A stretch of DNA of 64,000 nt from Candidatus Thalassarchaeum betae (GTDB taxonomy: Archaea > Thermoplasmatota > Poseidoniia > Poseidoniales > Thalassarchaeaceae): NCBI GenBank assembly GCA_003193925.1, contig PSPG01000006.1, forward strand, positions 9,750-73,749. Direction: 5' to 3'. The notes under the pieces are model-generated. The model had not been told where the DNA came from. It searched no databases and was given only the letters and a program-made list of their open reading frames with translations. Position 1 is the first letter of the stretch, and every line of letters begins with the position of its first letter. Made by a program: the position numbers and the translations under genes. Positions 10,496 to 19,726 of the stretch are shown here, in pieces.

Positions 10496-11836
10496 TTATT
10501 GCTCAAATCGGCGATTTTCACGATTTATCGCCGCAAGCGCGATTGCGACCATGCTGAGCAGCAGGGACGGTGCCGGAAGCAAGTCCCACGAGTCATCGCC
10601 GGCTGCGCTCAGGACGCTCTCGTTGACTGGCTCGTTGACCCAGAGAGCGGCGTCGATCACCCGCTTCTGGTAATGGAGCTCGAAGTGACCGCCCGAGATC
10701 ATGCTCAGCCCGCTCGCATCCAGCCTCACATCGGTGTGGTTGCTGGCGTTGACGCTGAAGTTGTCCGAGTGCCACAGCGCCTCGCCCGCCTCGTCCACGT
10801 AGTGCAGGGTGGCGTTTGCCGTGCTGGCTCGCCCGAGGTTGGTGACGCTCAGGTCGGCATAGCCATCCTCGACCTCCAGCGAGTCCACGCTCAGCCTCGC
10901 TCGCCAGTACCAGACGTTCGATATCAGGTAGCGCATAACCTCCAACTCGAGCGCTAGGCGGTCGCTGACCGACTGGACGCTGCCGAGCAGGAACTGCTCG
11001 TCATCAGTCTCGAAGGTGAAGCAGGGGTAGCCCATGATGCCGTAGCCGTAGTCGCGGCTGGTGCCGTGGGTGGGGTAAATGCCTGCATTGGCATTGCGGA
11101 TCGGCAGGTCGGCGTCGATCTTCTCGTGGATGTCGTCGCGGATGAACTCAAAGAGCTCCCAGTCCGAGGGCATGTTTGGCGTGAAGCCCCACGGGTACGC
11201 GAGGATCCACGTGCCCGTATGCATCGTTACGTAGAGGTCGGCCTCGGTCACCCACTCGTGCATGTAGTCGGCGTTGTTGCTGGTCTCCGGCTCGGAGAAG
11301 GGACCGTCCCCACTCGCCGTCTCGTCCTCGGTCCAGTGGTGGTCGTAGTTGCGGTTGAGGTCGACCTGGTTCATGTTCCATCGCGTGTCGGCGTCGTTTC
11401 CGTCGGCGTTGAGCAGCACCATGATGTGAATCTCGGTGTTCTGCAGCACCTCGATGGCCTCGGCATCGCCGTTGCCCCAGCCCTCGATGTAGAACTCCGC
11501 GGTCAGGAACGCCAACTCTGTCCCGAGATGCTCGTTACCGTGGTGACCGCCATCGATGTACACCTTCTCCTTGAGCGAGCCGTCGCTCTTGTTCTCAACC
11601 GACCAATCGGAGATCTGCAGCACCCACTGCTGTCTTCCGTACAGGGTAGTCCCCGCAGTGACCAGACGGACCACCTCCGGGTAATCGTCCTCCCAGGCCT
11701 GCAGGTCGATAGTCAGGGTGGCATAGCTGTGGTACCAGTGCTCCTGAGTTAGGTCCGGCTGCTGAGCGGTGGCGACCGGGGCGGCGCCTCCGGCGATAAC
11801 CAGAGCAACCAGCGCCAGCGCCGCAGCACGCTGCAT
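10496..11836 (-). CDS. Secreted M14 zinc carboxypeptidase with a C-terminal membrane anchor
   Basis: Signal peptide (MQRAAALALVALVIAGGAAP). GGHHGNEHLG (HxxE zinc site), LNADGND, DLNRNY and a TM helix near the C-terminus. Confidence 0.85.
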   Translation of the reverse strand: MQRAAALALVALVIAGGAAPVATAQQPDLTQEHWYHSYATLTIDLQAWEDDYPEVVRLVTAGTTLYGRQQWVLQISDWSVENKSDGSLKEKVYIDGGHHGNEHLGTELAFLTAEFYIEGWGNGDAEAIEVLQNTEIHIMVLLNADGNDADTRWNMNQVDLNRNYDHHWTEDETASGDGPFSEPETSNNADYMHEWVTEADLYVTMHTGTWILAYPWGFTPNMPSDWELFEFIRDDIHEKIDADLPIRNANAGIYPTHGTSRDYGYGIMGYPCFTFETDDEQFLLGSVQSVSDRLALELEVMRYLISNVWYWRARLSVDSLEVEDGYADLSVTNLGRASTANATLHYVDEAGEALWHSDNFSVNASNHTDVRLDASGLSMISGGHFELHYQKRVIDAALWVNEPVNESVLSAAGDDSWDLLPAPSLLLSMVAIALAAINRENRRFEQ

Positions 11837-11861
11837 GGCAATCCGAGCGGGCGGAGCCCGT

Positions 11862-12797
11862 TCAATCCTTCTGATTCAGGCGCGATAGCGCGTGACAAGC
11901 CAGTATCTTGGTTGCTATCAGCGCCGCGTTGAATTGGGTGAGCGAGTCGTCCTGCCCCGGTGCTATCTCGTTGATGTCGGCCCCGATGACAGTGCTTCCG
12001 GTGGCCGCGAAGAGTCTCTCGATAAGATCTACTGCGGCCCAGTGGGATAGCCCCCCTGGGACGGGGGTGCCAGTGGCTGGAACGAGCGCACCATCAAGTC
12101 CGTCGACATCGAAAGTGAGCCATACGGTCCCTTCCACTTGCCCGATGCGCTCGGTCAGCCGGGCCCAGCCAGCCTGCCCATCGCACACGCCCATGAAGTC
12201 GCGGGCGAACCAAGTCTCGACGCGGCCGTCCGCCGTAGCGAAGGCAGCCTCTTCGCGTGACAGCGCCCGCGTACCGATCTGAATGACTCGTCCGACGCCC
12301 GCATCGAGCGCGCGACGCACCGCTGTGCCGTGCGAGAAGCGCTCGTCGTTCAGTTCGTCGCGCAGGTCGGCGTGAGCATCGATCTGGATGAGGGTCAGCC
12401 GCCCGAGGTCACCCCCGAGGTCGGGGTGGCCCGAGGCCGCCTCCATCAGCGGCGGCAAGATGCCGTGCTCGCCCCCGAGGACGATGGGAAACTGCTCGCC
12501 ATCGAGCCACGGGGCTGCATAGTCCCGGATGGAGTCCAACTGCTCCCTGAGAGTGGGGGCATCAGAGCCCCAAGCCACGGCGGTGTGGACACTGAGCCCG
12601 CAGGGCAGATCATCCGGCAGCAGGGGGTCGTACAGCTCGATCTGAGAGCTGGCTTCGATGCACGCTGCAGGACCCTTCTCGGCCCCCTCTCCCCAACTGG
12701 TAGTCATCTCGAAGGGCACCGGGAGAACTACTACGTCCCAAGGTCCTGAGTCTGCCTCCTCCAGACCTAGGAAACGAGCCCTTTCCGAGCCTTCCAT
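11862..12797 (-). CDS. speB: Agmatinase / arginase-family ureohydrolase
   Basis: GGEHGI, DAHADL and FDVDGLD Mn-binding motifs of the arginase/agmatinase family. Confidence 0.85.
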   Translation of the reverse strand: MEGSERARFLGLEEADSGPWDVVVLPVPFEMTTSWGEGAEKGPAACIEASSQIELYDPLLPDDLPCGLSVHTAVAWGSDAPTLREQLDSIRDYAAPWLDGEQFPIVLGGEHGILPPLMEAASGHPDLGGDLGRLTLIQIDAHADLRDELNDERFSHGTAVRRALDAGVGRVIQIGTRALSREEAAFATADGRVETWFARDFMGVCDGQAGWARLTERIGQVEGTVWLTFDVDGLDGALVPATGTPVPGGLSHWAAVDLIERLFAATGSTVIGADINEIAPGQDDSLTQFNAALIATKILACHALSRLNQKD

Positions 12798-12919
12798 GCC
12801 TCCCCGAAAGTAGCAGGCAGATTAACCACTTCGGAGCGAAGAAGGGGGAAAAACGAGGCTGAGCGAGAGACGGTTGAAATAGCGCGGGCTTCCATATTAT
12901 ACCACTGGAGGGAGACGCG

Positions 12920-13333
12920 ATGGGTTTGACGCTAGCACAACTCACACAGGCCATACGACGCAAGGTCGACATCGACATGGAGACTATCGTGGCCGAGTCG
13001 ATCGCCGAGCACGCCCTCGGCTTCTTCGGCTTCTCGAACCGCATCATCGACAACGCCCTCGAGCCCACCGACCGCAACCTGTTCTACCAGTTGCAGGACT
13101 ACGACCTGCTCACCACCGAGTCTGAGGAAACCACCCTGTGGGACGGCCGCGAGTGGAGGATTCACTACTGGAAGTTCAAGGCCAGCGCAGAGGAGTTTGC
13201 CCGCATGCCGGTCGATGACGATAAGTCCGACGAGGAAGAGGACCCGTACGCCCACATCTACGAGGATGTCCCAGTCTCGCTGTGGCGCGAACGCTCCGGT
13301 GAGGATGACGACTACGAAGAGCCCCTGTTCTGA
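12920..13333 (+). CDS. Hypothetical protein, acidic C-terminus
   Basis: 137-aa ORF with high-GC codon usage and a TATA-like box (ATATTATA) about 26 bp upstream. No recognisable domain. Confidence 0.45.
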   Translation: MGLTLAQLTQAIRRKVDIDMETIVAESIAEHALGFFGFSNRIIDNALEPTDRNLFYQLQDYDLLTTESEETTLWDGREWRIHYWKFKASAEEFARMPVDDDKSDEEEDPYAHIYEDVPVSLWRERSGEDDDYEEPLF

Positions 13334-13380
13334 GTAGCAACGTCCCCATTGTTTCATATCTCCGGGGGAGAGGCACTCCC

Positions 13381-16300
13381 GTGCCTCGCGCGAACGCCGC
13401 CGTAGCCGTACTGGCGATCCTGCTTCTCAGCGGGCCCGCTGCCATGGTCGGCGCTGCCGAAGACGACACTCCGACGACCTGCACCGTGCTGGTCGACTGG
13501 GATGCCGAGGAGCACTGGGACAGCGGCTGGAACATCACCTACGACGTCCTCCACCGATACCGCGTCGTCTTCGACCCGCCGTTCACCAACGGCAGCACGC
13601 CAAGCGCCCTCACCGTCGACGTACAGCACCTCCGCGACGGCGAGGTCATCGCCACCACCTCGAACGCCACAGTGGTGAACGCCGGCGGCGAGGTCGATGT
13701 CATCATCGACTCCGAGCCGGAGTTCAGGGACCGTATCTCGGTTTCGGTCGAGACCGGCGAGGCGAGCTGCTCGCGAGCCCTCGACATCACCAACTGGAAC
13801 CAGCCAATCGCCGACCACGAGATAACCCGCGAGACCACGTGGTCGATGGAAGGCGCAGAGGACGGCCAGGGCATCGAGTTCGAGGGACGAGGCTGGCAGA
13901 AGAGGACCGGCAGCATCCTCGAGTCCAACGAGCTCGGCAACGGCACCTTGACTCTTGATGCCATGAACGGCTCCGAGGGCCTGCAACTTGAACTCAACCT
14001 CGACAGGATCTGGCTCAACGAGACCTACGACGGCAACGAGCTTCTGCAGCAGGACTTCGAGATGAGCGGCAGCGGCTCGCTCTACCTCAACACCTCCGAA
14101 CAGGGCGAGGAGGGCGAGAGCAGCGGCTTCGAGGTCCAGGTCCAGGTCAACGACGTCTACGTACTGCGCTCCTGGTCCGGGGGCGAGCTGACCGAGAGGT
14201 TCAGGATCGACGGCACAGGGTGGCTCTCATTCAACGGAGGCGACAACAACAGCAGCGGCGGTGGTTTCGGCCAGTTGTCGACCTTCTACTTCGAGACTTG
14301 GGACGAGGACGACCGCAGGCGCCTTCAGCACCTCCAGATCGAGGCCAACGCCACGCTCCGCCTCAATGGGGGGGACAGAGACTACTTCTCCTTCGACCTC
14401 GATGAGTTCAGGATCCTCGAGCGCTGGGAGGACGGCATCCGGGAGCAGCAGCACTTCATGATACTGGGAGGCGGTGAATTCAGTTTTGAGATAAGGGACG
14501 AGTTCTTCCAGGTCGATGTAGAGGGCACCATCCCGGTGATACACTTCGAGAGCCAGGGCGGCGAGACCGTAGCGGAGACGATCCGAGTCGACGGCACCTA
14601 CGACGGCGATGCCGCGGGCAGTTTCGGACTAATCAGAAGGATCGTGGACTCCGGCTCCCAGGAGAACGCGACCGGAGCCATGTTCGAGGTGGACAAGATC
14701 GAGAACGAGTTCTGGTTCAACGTCTCGGCCACCCCGATCGGGCCGATTACCGAGGAGTGGCAGGCAGAGCACAACCTGACCTACGAGTTCACCGTCCCGC
14801 AGACGGACTGGGGCAACCGCACCATCCGCTACCAATACATCGAGGACAACGGCACGGTGAACAACGAGTACCCCGAGCTCTCGCCGATCATCATGCAGGC
14901 TGAGGCTCCCGAGGCCGAGGTCATGTTCGAGAATCACATCTCGAGGGAGACCGGCGCCGCCCCCGAGATGGTTCTCGTCGGTGACCGCTTCTCTCTTGTG
15001 GGTAACGACGCGATGATCCTCGCCATCCAGGTGACCGCCATCGTCGTCGACGAGATGGACGGCCACACGGTCGAGGTCGCTGAGTGGCTGGGGGACTACG
15101 GCGAGAACAGCCACGCCTCGGGCAGCGTCGTCAATGAGGGCCCTCTGGCGGGCCTGCTCAACGAGATCCACCGCTGGGTAGAGATCCAATTGGGCGAGAA
15201 CGGCTCAATGGGCAAGGACATCGCCTTCGTAGAGCACCAGATGGTGGACAGGGTCCTCTCGCCCTCGGTCATCACTGCCGAGGAGAACACACCGCCATCG
15301 ATGATATCCATCGGCTTCCGGGAAGGCGGACTGCTGACTGAGGGCGACTCGGCGCACCTCGAGGTCGTCGTGGACGACTTCGACACCGATGTGACCGATG
15401 TCACCGTCGATCTCACTCAGATCGGCCTGGGGATAGTCGAGCTGTCAGATTCCGGTCTGCTCGGCGACCACACCATCCACGACGACATCTGGACCGCGCT
15501 GATTACCCACGACGGGCTGGAGCACGGCCTGATGGAAGTCACCGTGGGGATGGAGGACATCTGGGTCTACGTCGAGGAGGAAGCCGCGCTCGAGGTGACC
15601 AACGCAGCTCCCAGGATGATGTCACTGGTCTTCACACCCGACTCGGTCAAGCGCGGCGATCCGGTCGGGGTGAGCGTCACCGCGGTCGACGGCCACGGAG
15701 TGGAGTCCGTTGGAATCGACTTGCTGAGCGCTGGCGGTGAGCTGACTTCGCTGTCCGAGTCCGACGGCGTCTGGAGCGGCCAGTTCACAGTGCCCTACGG
15801 AATGTCCCCCGGTGAGCGAACCATCCCCGTGCGAATCACCGACGGGGACGGAGGAACCACCATGGCAGTGCACGTGCATCCCAACGGGTATCCAGTGGAA
15901 GCTCCGACACTGACCATCGAGAACGAGGCCCCCTGGGTCAGCTCGGTGACCGTGATGAGGGACGGTGAGCAGGCCGAGACGATTCACGCGCCCGACGGGG
16001 GCGATCCGATCACGCACACGCTGGAGGCGACCATAGAGGACCCCGACGGCGTCTCCTCCGCCCAAGCGAGGATAGGCAGACTCGCTCCTATCGGGAACTC
16101 CGACAAGTGGCTTCTGATGGTCGATGACGGGAGCAGTGGCGACAGGGTCGCCGGCGATGGCGTCTACACCATCCAGTTCGATGTCCGAGCGAGTCTGCCC
16201 GAGGGCGACATAACGATCCAGATCCGCGCTACCGACACCTACCTGTCGATGACCCCGGATGCTCTGCAGAGCCATATCCTACAGTTGGAGAAGATCGACT

Positions 16301-16428
16301 CCGGTGGAGGCGGAAGCAGTTGGATAAGCGACAACGCGACGACCTTGGTGTTCATCGCATTGGCTCTGCTGCTGGTAGTCGGAATCACAGCGGTCGCTGT
16401 GTCTTTGCGGAACTCTGAACTTGAGTAA
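13381..16428 (+). CDS. Large secreted cell-surface glycoprotein (possible S-layer/adhesin-like) with a C-terminal TM anchor
   Basis: 1015 aa with an N-terminal signal peptide, more than 20 N-x-S/T sequons, acidic composition, and a Gly/Ser linker plus hydrophobic helix plus basic tail at the C-terminus (GGGGSSWISDNATTLVFIALALLLVVGITAVAVSLRNSE). Confidence 0.7.
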   Translation: MPRANAAVAVLAILLLSGPAAMVGAAEDDTPTTCTVLVDWDAEEHWDSGWNITYDVLHRYRVVFDPPFTNGSTPSALTVDVQHLRDGEVIATTSNATVVNAGGEVDVIIDSEPEFRDRISVSVETGEASCSRALDITNWNQPIADHEITRETTWSMEGAEDGQGIEFEGRGWQKRTGSILESNELGNGTLTLDAMNGSEGLQLELNLDRIWLNETYDGNELLQQDFEMSGSGSLYLNTSEQGEEGESSGFEVQVQVNDVYVLRSWSGGELTERFRIDGTGWLSFNGGDNNSSGGGFGQLSTFYFETWDEDDRRRLQHLQIEANATLRLNGGDRDYFSFDLDEFRILERWEDGIREQQHFMILGGGEFSFEIRDEFFQVDVEGTIPVIHFESQGGETVAETIRVDGTYDGDAAGSFGLIRRIVDSGSQENATGAMFEVDKIENEFWFNVSATPIGPITEEWQAEHNLTYEFTVPQTDWGNRTIRYQYIEDNGTVNNEYPELSPIIMQAEAPEAEVMFENHISRETGAAPEMVLVGDRFSLVGNDAMILAIQVTAIVVDEMDGHTVEVAEWLGDYGENSHASGSVVNEGPLAGLLNEIHRWVEIQLGENGSMGKDIAFVEHQMVDRVLSPSVITAEENTPPSMISIGFREGGLLTEGDSAHLEVVVDDFDTDVTDVTVDLTQIGLGIVELSDSGLLGDHTIHDDIWTALITHDGLEHGLMEVTVGMEDIWVYVEEEAALEVTNAAPRMMSLVFTPDSVKRGDPVGVSVTAVDGHGVESVGIDLLSAGGELTSLSESDGVWSGQFTVPYGMSPGERTIPVRITDGDGGTTMAVHVHPNGYPVEAPTLTIENEAPWVSSVTVMRDGEQAETIHAPDGGDPITHTLEATIEDPDGVSSAQARIGRLAPIGNSDKWLLMVDDGSSGDRVAGDGVYTIQFDVRASLPEGDITIQIRATDTYLSMTPDALQSHILQLEKIDSGGGGSSWISDNATTLVFIALALLLVVGITAVAVSLRNSELE

Positions 16429-16455
16429 TGGTACGAGTGCCGGGATTTGAACCCG
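16429..16455. repeat. 27-nt exact direct repeat of the tRNA-Gly(GCC) 3' end (att-site-like)
   Basis: TGGTACGAGTGCCGGGATTTGAACCCG is identical at 16429-16455 and 18061-18087, the 3' acceptor/T-arm portion of the tRNA on the minus strand. Confidence 0.8.
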
Positions 16456-18060
16456 CATCGAGGCGGTCCCGTCGAGGCCATCCTGCCGGGCTACGCCGGC
16501 GCCATCCGTGACGCCCTCGAGGCCGGTGACCTCGACGCCGTGCGCCGGATGCTCGACCTCCTCGCAGCCCTGGGGGGTGAGCCGGCTTGACCTCAGTCCC
16601 TGACCATCGACTGGTTCAACCTACCATCTGGACCTATGACGACGTCGCCGACCGGTCGCCATTCAAGTCTGATGAGGTCGTTGACCAGAGCGTCCAACAC
16701 GGCCACCAGCTGCACGCTGTCCTCTTCCACCCCAAGGCCCCCTTTTTCGCGGGTTCCCGCAGTCACCGTCTTGTACTCCATCAAGCCGCACACTCTCTGT
16801 CGGTTGAAGGAGGCATCGCATGAGCGAGGCTCTGGCAGCCTGGAACGGCTACGTGTTCGACCGCCCACGATCGCCTCGCTGGGAGGGCGTCTATCCCGGC
16901 CCGGAGATGGCGCTGCGCCGGCTGCTGTGGGCTCGCCTGCTGTCGCAGGTCGACAAGCGACCCAGCAATCTGGCCGCTTATCCAGCCCTACACCAGGGAA
17001 CGGCTCCAGGAGACCAGCACCATGAGCGCCAGGACTGCCAGACAACCCCCCAGGAGTCGCCCCAACGGGACGCTGTCCAAGCGGCTCGGTGGTTCGACAT
17101 CGGTTCGGCCCGTCACAGGCGGCACCCCCATCATGCCACGCGGAGGCGGCCACGGTCCTTCAGACCCACCCCTTACCTTGACCCTCATGAGAGAGCAACT
17201 GAGAACGCATCACCGAGGACCGAGAGGGGTACTCCAAATCCCGGCGTTCGCACCCGAGCCAGGAGGTGGTCGGGTGAATCAGGTGGGAGTGAGGGATTAG
17301 CAAGTGCAACAACCGACAACCGACCGATGTCTATCGAGTCTATCGCGCACCAGCCCCGGGTCCCTCAGCCCCCAAGCCCCCGGGGCAACCGGCGATAGGA
17401 GGGAGGTTGGTATGAGGATAGCGGCAGTCCCCCCGATCCGCTACCTGCGGACGGACTCGACGGGGACCGCGATCGTCGGCCTGCCACCGCTGCGCATCAC
17501 CCAGGAGTGCGCCTCGTGCCACGCCTGGCTCGATTTGTCCGCGTACCGCACCCTGGCGGCTGCGTGCCGCTCGTGCGAGGCTGTTGAGGTGGCGGGCCGC
17601 ATACAACCGACCGCCAGCCGACAAGCAGGAGGCGGCCCTGCCGATACGAGCCGGTCAAGGGCAGTTCAAAAGCCCTCCTCCGGGCGTCCCATCGCGTGCG
17701 CGGGTGAACCCCCCACTCAACCAGCCGTCAACCCGGCGTCAAAGGCACCTTAAGGCGAAAAACGGGACAAACTCAGCGATTTCGAGGACCGTGGCGCGAA
17801 GTCCATAGGCCCACACTGTCCCCGGTCCGACTCGACACCGCCAGCCGCGGTCATCCGAAAGCAGGAGAACGACGAACATGACCCCGACTGATGACTCACA
17901 CGACCTCACGCCGCCGATCACCTACGCCGCCTGCGAGTCGAGCGTGGGCGATGTCCTGGTAGCCAACTTCCACCCGGTCGGCAGCGACGGACGCAGCCGC
18001 CCGCTCTGGTTGAATCGGGGTGCCCTGCACCGCGGCGCGGCCACTGCCGTGGCAGGCGGT

Positions 18061-18135
18061 TGGTACGAGTGCCGGGATTTGAACCCGGGTTCAGGCGTTG
18101 GCAACGCCCGGTGATAACCACTACACTACACTCGT
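18061..18135 (-). tRNA. tRNA-Gly (anticodon GCC), CCA encoded
   Basis: Reverse complement folds as ACGAGTG/TA/GTG..CAC/GGGCG-TTGCCAA-CGCCT/CCGGG-TTCAAAT-CCCGG/CACTCGT-A-CCA, with anticodon GCC at positions 34-36. Confidence 0.85.
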
Positions 18136-18181
18136 GCGGGCTCGGGGAAACGAGGCTCGCTTTTCTAAGCGTCGGTAGGCC

Positions 18182-18538
18182 TCAGTCCAGCGCCTCGAGG
18201 TGGGCGCGAATCTTGTCACGGGTCTGCCTGTACAAGGCGATACTCCCGCCCACGGGATCGTCCAGCCCCCAGTCCCGGTCCATCGGCAGGGCAGGGCACT
18301 CCACGCCGCAGCCCATGCTGATGATTCGGTCGAAACCGGTCCCTTCGATGTCGTCGACCGACTTCGGGTACTGACCGCTCATGTCTATTCCCAGTTCGCC
18401 AACGACCTCGATGGCCTCTGCTGCCACCGCACTTCCCGGTCTAGTGCCTGCAGACACTGCCTCATGCCCCATACGGCTGGCCAGAGCCTCTGCCATCTGG
18501 CTGCGGCAGGTGTTGCCGACGCATACGAACAATAGGCG
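18182..18538 (-). CDS. arsC: Arsenate reductase / low-molecular-weight protein-tyrosine phosphatase family
   Basis: MRLLFVCVGNTCRSQMAEA P-loop (CX5R) and downstream Cys residues (GCGVEC), as in thioredoxin-coupled ArsC. Confidence 0.8.
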   Translation of the reverse strand, partial: RLLFVCVGNTCRSQMAEALASRMGHEAVSAGTRPGSAVAAEAIEVVGELGIDMSGQYPKSVDDIEGTGFDRIISMGCGVECPALPMDRDWGLDDPVGGSIALYRQTRDKIRAHLEALD

Positions 18539-18651
18539 CATGCTATGCCTGTGATGTTCAGGATTAATGAACTGAACCGCAATATTCCCTTGAGACCCAA
18601 CTGCGAGCGGATGAACAGGGTTGAAGTACGCCTCATGCCGCCATTGGCTCA

Positions 18652-19665
18652 ATGGCAGATTCACCCATCAGCCACCACTCAGGGGGCAGCGGCGAGCAGC
18701 CTGCCGAAGCCGATGCTTCGTCCGAACAGCGCGCACAGATGGAGCAGGCCTACCAGCAGATGCAGCGCAAGCTCAGGATAACCAAACTCGACGAGGAAAT
18801 CAAGTACAAGGTCATGGTGCTGTCCGGCAAGGGCGGCGTAGGCAAGACGACGGTTGCGACCGGACTAGCTCTCTCATTCGCCCGCAGGGGGATGAAGGTA
18901 GGCCTGATGGACATCGACATCACTGGGCCGAACGTTCCCAAGATGCTGGGTCTCGACGATACCGACCTCAATGTCGAGGACGGCCAGATATTCCCAGCAA
19001 TCGGCCCACACGGCATCAAGGTCATCTCGATGGCGTTCCTCATCGAGAACCCTGACAAGCCGGTCATCTGGCGCGGGCCGATCAAGCTCGGAGCCATCCA
19101 GCAGTTCATCGGGGACGTCGCTTGGGGCGAGCTTGACGCCCTCATCGTAGACTTTCCTCCCGGCACCAGCGACGAGCCTCTGACAGTCAGCCAGAACCTG
19201 CCCGGAATCGACGGCGTGGTCATCGTCACCACGCCGCAGGAGGTCGCCCTGCTCGACAGCCGCAAGTCGATCAACTTCGCCAAGACGCTCTCGGTCCCCG
19301 TCTTGGGCGTGGTCGAGAACATGAGCGGCTTCACCATCCGCGGGACCGCCGAGCCCAATTCACAGGTCTCGGTCATTGGCCCGGTGGGGACTCCTCTTGA
19401 GGCCAATACGGACGAGGACGGGAACTGGTCGCTCACACTAAACATCTTCAAGTCCGGAGGCGGCGCCTCCGCAGCCGGCGAGATGCAGGTACCCTTCCTC
19501 GGCGCTCTGCCCTTCGACCCCGGCATCGTCAGAGGCGGGGACGACGGCGTCCATCGCATCATCGCCGAGCCGGAGGGCGAAACTGCGATAGCCTTCAACG
19601 CAATAGTGGACAACGTGTTGGCTGCTCTTGAGAAGGGCGCCGGAACGTCGGTCCGCATAACATGA
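18652..19665 (+). CDS. Mrp/NBP35-family P-loop ATPase, cysteine-free variant
   Basis: Deviant Walker A GKGGVGKTT, Mrp signature DIDITGPNVPKMLG and WRGP. The usual ENMSxFxCxxC motif is replaced by ENMSGFTIRG plus an insertion of about 45 aa, and the whole protein contains no Cys. Gln-rich N-terminal extension. Confidence 0.8.
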   Translation: MADSPISHHSGGSGEQPAEADASSEQRAQMEQAYQQMQRKLRITKLDEEIKYKVMVLSGKGGVGKTTVATGLALSFARRGMKVGLMDIDITGPNVPKMLGLDDTDLNVEDGQIFPAIGPHGIKVISMAFLIENPDKPVIWRGPIKLGAIQQFIGDVAWGELDALIVDFPPGTSDEPLTVSQNLPGIDGVVIVTTPQEVALLDSRKSINFAKTLSVPVLGVVENMSGFTIRGTAEPNSQVSVIGPVGTPLEANTDEDGNWSLTLNIFKSGGGASAAGEMQVPFLGALPFDPGIVRGGDDGVHRIIAEPEGETAIAFNAIVDNVLAALEKGAGTSVRIT

Positions 19666-19726
19666 CCGCGGTTTTTCGGGAAGGGTCGATTTCATGGCAC
19701 ACTCGCGACCCGAATAGGACAGGAGC

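Noticed and set aside
15622-16275. 217-aa minus-strand ORF inside the surface glycoprotein gene
   Set aside because: Antisense to a 1015-aa CDS with signal peptide and sequons; no domain.
16593-17753. Short ORFs (186, 192 and 149 aa) inside the tRNA-repeat-bounded segment
   Set aside because: Pro/Arg/Gly-rich low-complexity translations, mutually overlapping, no domains. Kept only as part of the integration-scar finding, not as confident genes.
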